From: Heptranchias perlo
Taxonomy: Eukaryota
Length of the DNA stretch: 64,000 nucleotides
Assembly: GCF_035084215.1 (NCBI RefSeq)
Contig: NC_090367.1
Span: 4,774,001 to 4,838,000 of the forward strand
Reading direction: 5' to 3'
Part shown: piece after piece, positions 40,038-50,860 of the stretch
How the letters are laid out: each line of letters begins with the position of its first letter
How positions within the stretch are numbered: position 1 is the stretch's first letter
Position numbers and translations under genes: made by a program
Notes under the pieces: generated by a model
What the model saw: the letters and a program-made list of their open reading frames with translations, nothing else
Database searches by the model: none
Told to the model about the DNA's origin: nothing

Positions 40038-40589
40038 ACTTCATGCCAACACTGAGTTGCTTCACCCCGATGAGCTCAAAGTTCACCCAAACTATTTATT
40101 TGAGATAATACTGTGACTGCTGCCTTGGGTTGAATGTCCCCTCTTTTCTTGTCCTCTTTCAGTTCCAATGACTGGTATGATAGAACACTCTGCAGTGACT
40201 GATCTGCTTATTGAGCAGGGAGGCAAAGAAATGGGAACTCTACGAAACTATTACCTGGAGGACCCGTTCTCCGTGAAGGAGGAGCAGCTGCCACAAGCCT
40301 GTCCTGTTTTGATTGGTTTAACGAGTGTCAGCCACCTTGGCCAAAGCTAGTCACATGGCTGCTCCCAACCAATCGCTGAGGGAACCATGAGCAGGTTCTG
40401 GGATTGGCTGTTTTGGTCTGAAGGATCCAGTCGGTCAGACGGTTGGATTGTGATTGGTGGACTGGACATTGACTTTGGTCAAATTGTGCTCCTTTATTTC
40501 CTTATTGAGATGAGGGGTGATGGTGTTTGGTGAATGTAACACTCTTCATATCACCCTCCAACTGGGGCTTATCTGAGAGTCCAGGGAGT

Positions 40590-41316
40590 TTATCCAGGAA
40601 GGAGCTGAGCCACCAAGGAGCTCCCAGGATCGTCCACTGTGCTGAGTCAGCTGATCTGGCAGAATGTCTCCTCGTCGGAACTGGCCAACAGGCACCAGGG
40701 TGCTGCTTGGGTGGTGGCGAGAGGGGTCTTCCCCTGCACGCACGGGCTCACGGCGCCCCCGCGAGCTAGCCCTCGAGGCTGCGGCGGGGACGAGACCGTC
40801 GTCCGTCTCCTGGCGGACTGCCCTCTTCGCGCAGAGGGTGCGGAGAGAGATGCGTTGGTACCTGTCCCGGTTCATCCCCCGGTGGCCCGGCGACACAGGA
40901 CGCCGTGCTCTACGGGCTGTTCCCCGGGACGCTCACCGAGACAGATGTAGCCTGCGGCAGGAAGACCGTCAACTCGGTGAAAGAGGCCCTTTGGCCCGCC
41001 CGAAACCTGCTGGTCTTCTAGTCGAAGACTAGAGCTGTCCAAGGCCGAGGGTTGCCGACTGGCGCACTCCAAGGTCCAGGAGTACGTGCTGCGGGACGCA
41101 CTGACGCGAGGTGCGGCCTACGCAAAGGCTCTATGGGGAAAGGCCACCATGTAAGGAGGTGAATTGTTCACCATGTATTATAAGATATGTAATATTGTAA
41201 TATTGGGATCGTATTGTGTACAATCTGTATTGTATTGTTTTGAATTGATATTTACACTGAACTGTGTGTATCTTTAAATATTACGAAATAAAGTGGATTT
41301 TGAAATTTTAAAAAAG
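40590..41316 (+). mobile_element. L1/Tx1-clade LINE ORF2 C-terminal fragment with 3'UTR and poly(A)
   Basis: IWQNVSS...PRGCGGDETVVRLLADC (degenerate CCHC knuckle)...LYGLFPG...KVQEYVLRD...ALWGK-stop, with frameshifts. TGTA-rich UTR, AATAAA at ~41287, A-run. Confidence 0.8.
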
Positions 41317-41713
41317 CCGATCCAGGTCCAGGCCGAGGGGTCGGGGCGTCACGTGGTCTTAGTGTCCCCTTTATTCGGGAGCGCTGAAACCAGGCATGGT
41401 TCCCACTCCTGATCATTTCCACTGACTCCAAAGATGGTCGAATGAGGACAGGATCAAGCTGAGCTGTGATGCCCACCACAGTCGAGCAGCCCGCCACAAC
41501 ACTTGCAGTTCAGGCCCATAAATGGTTAACAGCCAGTTGGGCGAGTTACTGGAGGGCGCCTGTGGAACTCATAAGCCAGAAAGGAGTGAGCGGCTTTGGT
41601 GGGGTAGGGGAAAAAATGCGTGATTTACTTTAAAAAGTAATTAATCGGCCACAGTCAGCTGATGAATTTTAACGGTTCTTTTTATAAACAAGCTGGCAGC
41701 AGAGGTGGGAGCT

Positions 41714-41810
41714 TTCAGAAACCTGCCTGGCAGAGCCACCTCGTGGCCACAGCGTGCAAGTACATCGTGACAGTTGACATAGCAAAACTGAATGGGAACT
41801 GTTGACATAG
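41714..41810 (-). promoter_or_regulatory. CTCF-core element (copy 3)
   Basis: TGGCCACGAGGTGGCTC on -. Flanks align with copy 2 (TTCAGAAAC...CGTGACAGTTGACATAG...TGAATGGGAA). Confidence 0.65.
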
Positions 41811-42504
41811 GAATTTACACTGGTAAATGTGACGCAAAAAGCATGACCATAAATTGTGACAATGTGAAGTTTGTGGACAGGAAACGCTTGTCTTACACAC
41901 AATTATATATAGACGGCCCATTCCCCAAACCCTATTTCCACTTTCGCTGTTAGATTCCCGGACTTTACGTTCTGATTCGTAATTTTACCTCAGTTTTTTT
42001 TGTTTCTTGCTGAATTGAAGGATGATTGTCTGGATGGAGGTCCCTTACTGATACTTGATTGAAAACCTCTCCCAAGTACCCTCTCCCTAAAGGATTCAGC
42101 GGGTAGGTGAACTGATGTTAAACCCCACAGATCCAGGAAGATCCCAGGTTCAATCCCTGGCCTGTATAGAGCTGACTTGAGGCTTGCAATTGAGGGTTCA
42201 GCACACCTGGGGTAAGGGAGCAGAAAGTCAGCCAGGATTTCCTGCTCGCAGTTACTATCCAGAAACCCTGAGTGGACGGTGCCTGTGAAATATATCGGCC
42301 GTTCCTTCATTGTCGCTGGGTCAAAATCCTGGAACTCCCTTCCTAACAGCACTGTGGGAGAACCGTCACCACACGGACTGCAGCGGTTCAAGAAGGCAGC
42401 TCACCACCACCTTCTCGAGGGCAATTAGGGATGGGCAATAAATGCCGGCCTTGCCAGCGACGCCCACATCCCGTGAATGAATTAAAAAAAAGGTGTAGGT
42501 TCTA

Positions 42505-44515
42505 AATAGAGTACAAAGGGAAGGAGGTTATACTAAACCTTTACAAATCACTGGTCAGGCCTCAGCTGGAGTATTGTGTCCAATCCTGGGCACCGCACTT
42601 TAGGAAGGACGTCAAGGCCTTGGAGAGGGTGCAGAGGAGATTTACCAGAATGGTACCAGGGATGAGGGACTTCAGTTAGAGACTGGAGAAGCTGGGATTG
42701 TTCTCCTTAGAGCAGAGAAGGTTCAGGGGAGATTTAATAGAGGGGTTTGAAAATATGAGGGGTTTCGGTTAAGCTAATTGGCAAAAGAACCAGAGGGGAG
42801 ATGAGAATTTTTTTACACAGCGAGTTTTGATCTGGAATGCGCTGCCTGAAAGGACAATAGAAGCAGATTCAATAGTAACTTTCAGAAAGGGAATTGGATA
42901 AATACTTGACAAGGAAAAAAATTCAGGGCTATGGGGAAAGAGCGGGGGGAAGTGGGATTAACTGGATAATTCTTTCAAAGAGCCAGCACAGGCACAATGG
43001 GCCGAAAGGCCTCATTCTGTGCTGTAAGATTCTATGATGCGAAGAAGGGAGGTATTGAGCCAATGGCTGCAGTGATGGTGGCAGGTTCAAATTTGTTAAG
43101 AGTCTCTGTCCCTGCATTAGACCCTTCCCCTTTTGTCCCTGCTGCAACCCTCTTTGCACTCTACCTACCCCCACCCCCCCTATAAAAATCCCCACTCAAT
43201 CCTGTAACTGGAGGCTCAGCAAGGTGCTGACACTGATCTCGGAGCTGCAGCTGGCTCCCGACAAAAGGAAGGAGAACTGGAACGATGGAGGATTAGTCCG
43301 ACAGGTTAATGGGTAGTCGTGCAGACCGTTACGGTTCCTGTAACAGAGAGTCTCCTCGGTAAGGTTCCACATAAGAGACTGTTAGCTAAAATTAAAGCTC
43401 ATGGAATTGAAGGCAAATTCTTGACCTGATTAGGAGATTGGTTAGGCGGTAGGAGACAGAGAGTTGGGATAATCGGTATGTACTCGAATTGGAAGGAAAT
43501 GATTAGTGATGTCCCAGTGATGTGCTGGGGCCTCAATTATTCACTATATTTATTAATGACTGAGATAGTAGAGAGCCATATATCCAAGTTTGCCGATGAC
43601 TCAAAGATTGGTGGCATAGTAAGTTGTGTAGACGGGAGCATGAAATTACAGAGGCATTGATAGATTAAGTGAGTGGGCAAAACTGTGGCAGATGGAGTTC
43701 AACACAGGGAAGTGTGAGGTCATCGATTTTAGACCAGAAAAGGATCGATCCGAGTATTTTTAAAATGGTGAATAGCCAGGAACAGTGGAGGTCCAAAGAG
43801 ATTTAGGGGTCCATGTACACAGATCACTAAAATGTAGCAGTCAGGTACAAAAAGAATCAAAAAGGCTAATGGAATGTCAGCCTTTATATCTAGAGGGCTA
43901 GAATATAAAGGGAAGTTTTGCTACATCTGTACAAAGTCCTGGTTGCAACAACTTGCATAATGGAGCACATCTGGAGTACTGTGTTCAGTTCTGGGCACCA
44001 CACCTTAGGAAGGATGTACTGGCCTTGGAGGGAGTGCAGCGTAGATTTACGAGAATGATACCCGGACTCCAAGGGTTAAAATATGAGGAGAGATTACACA
44101 AACTAGGGTTGTATTCCCTGGAATATAGATGGTTAAGGGGTGATTTGATTGAGGTATTTTAGGACTTTGAAAACAATTGGTAGGGCAGATAGAAACTTTT
44201 TCCGCTGGTGGGGGAGTCTAGGACAATGGGACATTACCTTAAAATCAGAGCCAGGTCATTCAGGAGAGAAGTTAAAGAGAGAAAACACTTCTTCAAACAA
44301 AGGGTGGTAGAAGTGTGGAACACTCTCCCACAAAAAGGAGATGCTAGCTCAATTAATCATTTTAAATCTGAGATCGATAGATTTTTGCTGGCCATGGGTA
44401 TTATGGGATAAGGAGCCAAGGCGGGTGGATGGAGTTAAGATACAGATCAGCCATGATCTCACTGAATGGCGGAACAGGCTCGACGGGCTGAACGGCCTCC
44501 TCCTGTGTCTATGTT
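42505..44515 (+). mobile_element. Two degenerate CR1 LINE fragments (42505-43035, 43360-44515)
   Basis: [11 protein letters not shown] and KFADDSK motifs, and CR1 tails. Confidence 0.88.
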
Positions 44516-44999
44516 CCGCACCAGGCGACAGCACTGCCTCACCGGCATGAGTCTGGACCCCCTGTCGCTCAAACACAGGACGATCGGAACAGTCATGTGG
44601 TTACTACTGCCCAATGAAATTGCTGGGAATAGTCTCACAGCATGGGCCAATGAGGTGGCTGGAAAGTGTTATTAAGAGTCAAGCCAATACTTTTGGCCAA
44701 TGAGATCACTAGACAGTGACCCCAACATTTGGAGTGACGGCCACGGGTTTGCCAGAAAGTGGCAATGTCATATGATTGTAACTAACCAATAAGCTGGCTC
44801 AAAAACACTGCCCACCAATATTTTAAAAATGAATACTAATCGACCTCCCATCTTGTTACACATGACGAACGCAGTCTTCAGCGGAAGTGAGGTTAGATAA
44901 TTGGACCAGGATTCACAGACATAAATTCACTCCCCATTTTAAAGTCACGCATTCTGCCTTTATTTTTATATTTCCGCTAAAAGTTGTCCACATTTCTAA

Positions 45000-46625
45000 C
45001 AAAACCGTCCCTGTAAACATATCATGGACTTCCAGAAGGCATTCGATAAAGTCCCTCATAAGCGACTGTCATCTAAAGTTGAAGCTCGTGGAATTGAGGG
45101 CAAATTATTGAACTGGTTGGGAAATTGGCTAAGCAGCAGGAGACAGAGAGTAGTTTCCTAGAAGTAAAGGGAATTAGGGGTTACGGGGAGCGGGCAGGAA
45201 ATTGGACATGAATTTAGATTTGAGGTTAGGATCAGATCAGCCATGATCTTATTAAATGGCGGAGCAGGCTCGAAGGGCCGATTGGCCTACTCCTGCTCCT
45301 ATTTCTTATGTTCTTATAATGGGCAGGTACTCACATTGGCAGGATGTGACTAGTGGGGTCCCACAGGGATCTGTGTTAGGGCCTCAACTATTCACTGTAT
45401 TTATTAACGAATTAGGTGACGGGATAGAGAGCCTCATGTCCAAGTTTGCCGCGACACAAAGATAGGCAGCATTGTAAGCAGTGTAGATGGAAGCATAAAA
45501 TGACAGAGATATTAATAGATTCAGTGAATGGGCAAAACTGTGGCAAATGGATTTCAATGTCGGCAAGTGTGAGGTCATCCACTTTGGACCTAAAAAGGAG
45601 AGATCAGAGTACTTTCTAAATGGTGAAAAGCTCGAAACAGTGGAGGTCCAAAGAGACTGAGGGGTCCATGTACATAGATCATTAAAATGTCATGGACAGG
45701 TACAGAAAATAATCAAAGGCCAATGGAATGCTGGCCTTTATATCCAGAGGACTCGAATACAAGGAGGTAGAATTTATGCTACAGCTATACAAAACCCTGG
45801 TTAGACCGCACCCGGAGATACTGTGTTCAGTTCTGGGCACCGCACCTCAGGAAGGATATATTGGCCTTGGAGGGAGCGCAGCGTAGATTTACCAGAATGA
45901 TACCTGGACTCCAAGGGTTAAATTACGAGGAGCGATTACACAAACTGGGGTTGTATTCCCTGGAATTTAGAAGATTAAGGGGTGATTTGTTCAAAGTTTT
46001 CAAGATATTAAGGGGAACTGATAGGGTAGATAGAGAGAAACTATTTCCGCTGGTTGGGGAGTCGAGGACGAGGGGACATGGCCTGAAAATTAGAGCCAGG
46101 ACTTTCAGGAGTGAAGTTGGGAAACACATCTACACACAAAGGGTGGGAGAAGGGTCAATAACCAGATGGCATAGATTTAATGTGATTGGCAAAAGAACCA
46201 AAGGTGACATGAGGAAAAGCTTTTTGTACACAGCGAGCGGTTGTGATCTCGAATGCACTGCCCGAGGGGGTGCTGGAGGCAGATTCAATCACGGCCTCCA
46301 AAAGAGAACTAGAAAGTGAAAAATTTTGCAGGGCCACCGGGATAGGGTGGGGGAGTGGGACGAGCTGGATTGCTCTTGCATGGAGCCGGCTCGGACTCGA
46401 TGGGCCCAACGGCCTCCTTCCGTGCTGTAACCTTTCTAAGTTTTGGAACTCTCTTCTGCAAACGGTAGTTGGTGCTCGCTCAATTATTGATTTTTAATCC
46501 GAGATTGATAAGATTTTTGTCAACCAAAGGTATTAAGGGATATGGGGGCTAGGGCGGGTCACAGATCAGCATGATCTCAAAGAACGGCGGAACAGGCTCG
46601 AGGGGCTGAATGGCCTTGCTCCTGT
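45000..46625 (+). mobile_element. Degenerate CR1 LINE with two nested CR1 3' fragments (45152-45317, ~46150-46440)
   Basis: GVPQGSVLGPQLF and RRFTRMIPG motifs. The host sequence resumes after each nested tail. Confidence 0.9.
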
Positions 46626-46937
46626 GCCATAATTACACACTTCTGCCAGCGGAGAGCTCGCAGTCAAAAGCGGGGGGTCATCGCAGCCTGACAAGTGTAC
46701 AAAGGCAGTTCCCATTAGAAATGTGGTCACAGGAGGTTTAAATGGAGAAATTTGGCAGGAAATGTGTGGTGTGTGTGCAGATGCAAGATTGTTTAATATA
46801 TTACAGTCCGAGAGATGGTAAAAGTCCCCCAATCAACCCAGAGAGGAAAATAAAATTAATTAAAAACCACAAGTTCTTTTCTCCATTGTACAGCTTTTAC
46901 TGAACTGGTCTCCCGACTGAATTTAATTTAAAATGCA

Positions 46938-46943
46938 TTTATT
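46938..46943 (-). terminator. Candidate ZBTB3 polyadenylation signal
   Basis: AATAAA on -, ~190 nt after the stop codon, in AT-rich context. Confidence 0.55.
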
Positions 46944-47128
46944 TTACAGGATGGCTGGTGCTTACGTATATATTAAAAGATTTTTTTTTCCCGTTTTGTG
47001 TTTTTTTTTTGTTTTTTTCTCCAAACGTAGAACTCTGCAGCACAGAAAATCGTCCACTGCCACTTTAAAACACGAGGTTGGTTGGGGAAAGGGGGGGGGG
47101 GGAGGTGTGGAGAGGAGACGAGAGGGGT

Positions 47129-48481
47129 TTATTTCCACTGTTCCGAAGGGGGCTTGTCCAGCCACTTCCAGCCCCCGTTGGAGGAGTCCTGTCTGCTGGT
47201 GCCCCCGGTGCTGGTGCTGGCGCTGGCGGAGGAGGAGGAGACGTGAGCGTTGTGGTACTTGCGCATGTGACGGTACAGGTCCCCCGACTGGGAGTACCGG
47301 CGCAGGCAGAAACGGCAGCTGTGGGGCCGCTCCCGGGTGTGCACCAGGGCGTGCCGCTTCAGGCTGTAGGTGCAGGAGAAAGTCTTTCCGCAGGCCGGGC
47401 AGGTGGGCAAGTCGTCCTCGGAGCCGGGCGGCGGGGGCAGGTCCTGGAAGTAGAGTTTGGTGGAGAGGGCCAGCGGGCTGGAGAGGTCGGGGAAGGGTTT
47501 GCCCTCGCCGCTGGCGCAGTACAAGCCGTGCCCGCTGTACCCCTCCTCCTCCGGGGGCATCTCCTCCTCGTCCGAGATGACGATGTGGCCTCCCTGGAGG
47601 GCCTGGCACCCGGGGGGCTGGTAGACGTCGCCCAGGCCCGAGCCGGCCTCCTCCGCCAGCTCCTCGCCTTCGTCTGAGAACAGGTCATCCTCCACCTTGA
47701 CCGTGATCAGGTCGACCTGGTCCTCGGGGTGGGGGTGGGGGTGGGGGTGGGCCAGGGCTGGCGAGCAGCCCCCCCCGCCCCGGTCCAGCGAGGCGTCCGA
47801 GTCCCCCTGCCAGGCGGAGGAGCCCTCCAGCGAGCGGCCGGCCCCGTGGAAGGCCGACTCGGTGGAGGAGCAGGGGCTGGCTAGGACGTTCTCCACCTTG
47901 GCTTCGGTCTCCATCCCCGGCTGGGTGGTATCGGCAGCATCGGAGGGCCACTGCCCCAAGTCAGGATGCTGGGGGGCCCCCTCTTCAATCCCAGCCCCCC
48001 GGTCGGAGGCGTAAGGCACCGGCGCCGGGACCACCCCCTTGTAGGACCCAGTCTGGCGCGAGGTGCCCGGGCCTCCCAGGGCCTCGTCCTCCTTCCTGGT
48101 GCTGTCGGCCTCGGCCAGGGCCCGGGCCTTCAGCCGAGTCTTGCAGACCTTGACGATGTCGTTCATGTGCAGGAAGCTGGCGGCGGCCAGCACGTCCTCG
48201 GTGGGGGGGCCGGAGAAACGCAGCCGGCCCTCGTACATGAACTCCAGCAGCAGCGAGAAGGCCGGAGCAGTGACGATCTCCTCGTCCAGGCCCACCACGT
48301 CCCGCTTGCCCGCTTCCTCCTTGTAGAACATGTGGAAGTAGGTGCTGAAGGAGGCCAGCACGGCCCTGTGGGCCTGGAACTGCACCGGCCCCACCAGCAC
48401 CGTGCAGTCACACAGGAATCCCTGATGCCTCTGGTCCCGCAGGCTCTGCAGCAGCAGCCGGCTGTGTTCGGGGAACTCCAT
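47129..48481 (-). CDS. ZBTB3: Zinc finger and BTB domain protein 3 (450 aa, single coding exon)
   Basis: BTB [18 protein letters not shown]...IVTAPAF...[10 protein letters not shown]. Exactly two C2H2 fingers ([48 protein letters not shown]), versus four in ZBTB18/ZBTB42. Likely acceptor CTTTCCGATCTAG, exon start 48543. Confidence 0.93.
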   Translation of the reverse strand: [450 protein letters not shown]

Positions 48482-48988
48482 GGGTTTTTTTTTTTTGTTG
48501 ACAGGAAGGCTGATTCTCTCAGAAGCTCCAGGCCTCAGTCATTCTAGATCGGAAAGAGACAAGAGTCAGATCTATAAACAGGGTGCAACATTAGTCTAAT
48601 AATCCACAGGACACAGGGGCAAATCCCACCACGCCGGCTTGAGAATCTGAAATTCACACAGCACGGGAGGCCATTCTGCCCTTCGTGCCTGTGCCGGCTC
48701 TTTGGGAGGGCTATCCGATTAGTCCCACTCCCCATTTAATTGGGTTTACAATTTCAGTTAGTGGCTCAGAATCCCAGAATGAATTTTTTAAAAAAAAAGA
48801 GGAAGTGGATCTTCCAAATCTTTGCTCGTCTCAAAGTCAGGGATACAACAAGGTGCCAACGAAAGCCTTTTTATGCAAATGCCCATCTTTATTTCGTACC
48901 GCCAGTAAATTATCCGCGATATTGTCTACAGTTGATGAATAGACAAGTTTTTTTATGCACGAGATGGAGTTGTGAGACTGCATAAAAA

Positions 48989-49055
48989 TAGCGCCACAGC
49001 ACCTAGTGGCCAGAGCCTGCAATTACATTGTGACAGGCAATTGTTTACATACAGG
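48989..49055 (-). promoter_or_regulatory. CTCF-core element (copy 4)
   Basis: GCGCCACAGCACCTAGTGGCCAGAGCCTGCAATTACATTGTGACAG, homologous to copy 2 with a short insertion in the core. Confidence 0.6.
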
Positions 49056-49829
49056 ATTGCTATTCTAAATGTTTACATGGGCAGTCTCGACATAAAAGCG
49101 TAACTGCAAGTGCATGCATGCACGCACAAGATTTTTACATAACTATATATGAAGTTTCATCATTGGTTAAGACTTTCACTTGCTTCTGAATTAATACCTA
49201 CTGGCTGACAAGCATGCAACCGCTGCCTAGCAACAACATTCTACGCCCCCTCCCCCCAACTCCTGACGTCGAAAGGTGTGGCCATCTGGCAGTGCTCGGG
49301 CAGCACGGTTAGTGGTGGCTGAGGACGAACATCGTGTCCGCTTAATATCGGAAGAGCCAGCGCAATCAGTTATAATGGGAATTCCCCATGTAAACATTAG
49401 AGGCTGCAGTCGCAGACTGTGGCCCGCTAGGTGGCAGTGTAGCTCCACTCTAACCGCTGACATGTCGTGAGCAATGCCATGGCTGGGGGGGGGTGGGTCT
49501 ACTATTGGTTTGAAATCGATCACATCACAAGTACTTCCGGTTCATCACTGGAATCATAGCAACGGGATGTACCAGCACAGGCTTTTGTTCCCAAGGAGCC
49601 TCTCAGTCCTTAATCCCCATCACATTTACTCCGACCAACCCCCTCCCTTATGAAAGGGTTTGATAGAGTAGGCGTAGAGAAGATGTTTCCACTTGTGGGG
49701 GAGACCAGAACAAGGGGCCATTAATATAAGATAGTCACTAATAAATCCAATTTGGTATTCAGGAGAAATTTCTTTACCCAGAGAGTGGTGTGAATTTGGA
49801 ACGCACTCCCACAAGGAGGGGGAGGGGGG

Positions 49830-50245
49830 GGGAAAGAGGGAGTGGCCCCCATTAAAGGGGCCCTGTCAGAGGGGAGAGTGGCCCCCGGTCCGGGGGAGGG
49901 GGAGTGGCCCCCATTAAAGGGGCCCCGGTCTGGGGGAGGGGGAGTGGCCCCCATTAAAGGGGCCCTGTCAGGGGGAGTGACCCCCATTAAAGGGGCCCTG
50001 TCCGGGGGAGGGGGAGTGGCCCCCATTAAAGGGGCCCCGGTCTGGGGGAGGGGGAGTGGCCCCCATTAAAGGGGCCCTGTCAGGGGGAGTGACCCCCATT
50101 AAAGGGGCCCTGTCCGGGGGAGTGACCCCCATTAAAGGGGCCCTGTCAGGGGGGGAATGACCCCCATTAAAGGGGCCCTGTCCGGGGGAGTGACCCCCAT
50201 TAAAGGGGCCCTGTCAGGGGGGGAATGACCCCCATTAAAGGGCCC
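49830..50245. repeat. 31-36-bp GC-rich minisatellite with internal dyad
   Basis: Unit GGGGAGTGGCCCCCATTAAAGGGGCCCTGTC, ~12 copies. Confidence 0.92.
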
Positions 50246-50249
50246 GCTT

Positions 50250-50860
50250 GCCCCACTCGGATCCCCCCCACCCACATTGGCCGAGCCTCGGCCCCCCCCC
50301 TCCCGTGGGGGGGGGGGGTGAGAGAAATAAAAGACCCACCCAATCTCCGCCGTGATTGGGCGCCCGCTGCCGTCCCGCCCCCTCCAATGGGCGCCGTCCG
50401 GAGCCCGAGGTTCCCCGCTCCCGATTGGCCGGCCGAGCTGTCGATCAAAGTCACTTCCGGTTTCCGATCGGATCCTTTCACAAACGCTGCCGGGTAACCG
50501 AAAGAAAAAAATCACAAAAAGGTGGGGGGGGGGGGAAAAAAAAGAAGCGGAACGAAGGGCGGCGGCCGAGGGGGGGCCCCCGGGGCCTACCTACCGACCC
50601 ACCGACCCGCACGGCGCCGCTTCCTCCCCTCCCTGGGACGCGGCCGTTTCTCTCCGCCGGACTCGAAGCGCAGACCCTCCCCCCCCCCTCCCCCCGCGCT
50701 CTCGCCACTTCACGCCCCCGGAACCCAGCGGAAGCCGCCAACTCTCGCGGTGGCCCCGCGATCGCCATGGCAAACGCCAACGAGACGGCGGCGCAGGAGG
50801 GGGCCGCCCCGACGCTGGCGCCCGGGCGCTGCAGCGCCACCTGCAGGCTAGGAGGACTCT
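50250..50860. promoter_or_regulatory. CpG-island promoter upstream of ZBTB3 (possibly shared with the + strand gene)
   Basis: Five CCAAT/ATTGG boxes at 50276-50430. ETS/GABP CACTTCCGG at ~50452-50460. X-box-like ATCGCCATGGCAAAC at 50761-50775. CTCF-like CAGCGCCACCTGCAGGC at 50832-50848. Confidence 0.8.

Noticed and set aside
46933-48547. Overlapping alternative-frame and antisense ORFs at ZBTB3
   Set aside because: Expected from high GC3. No domain features.
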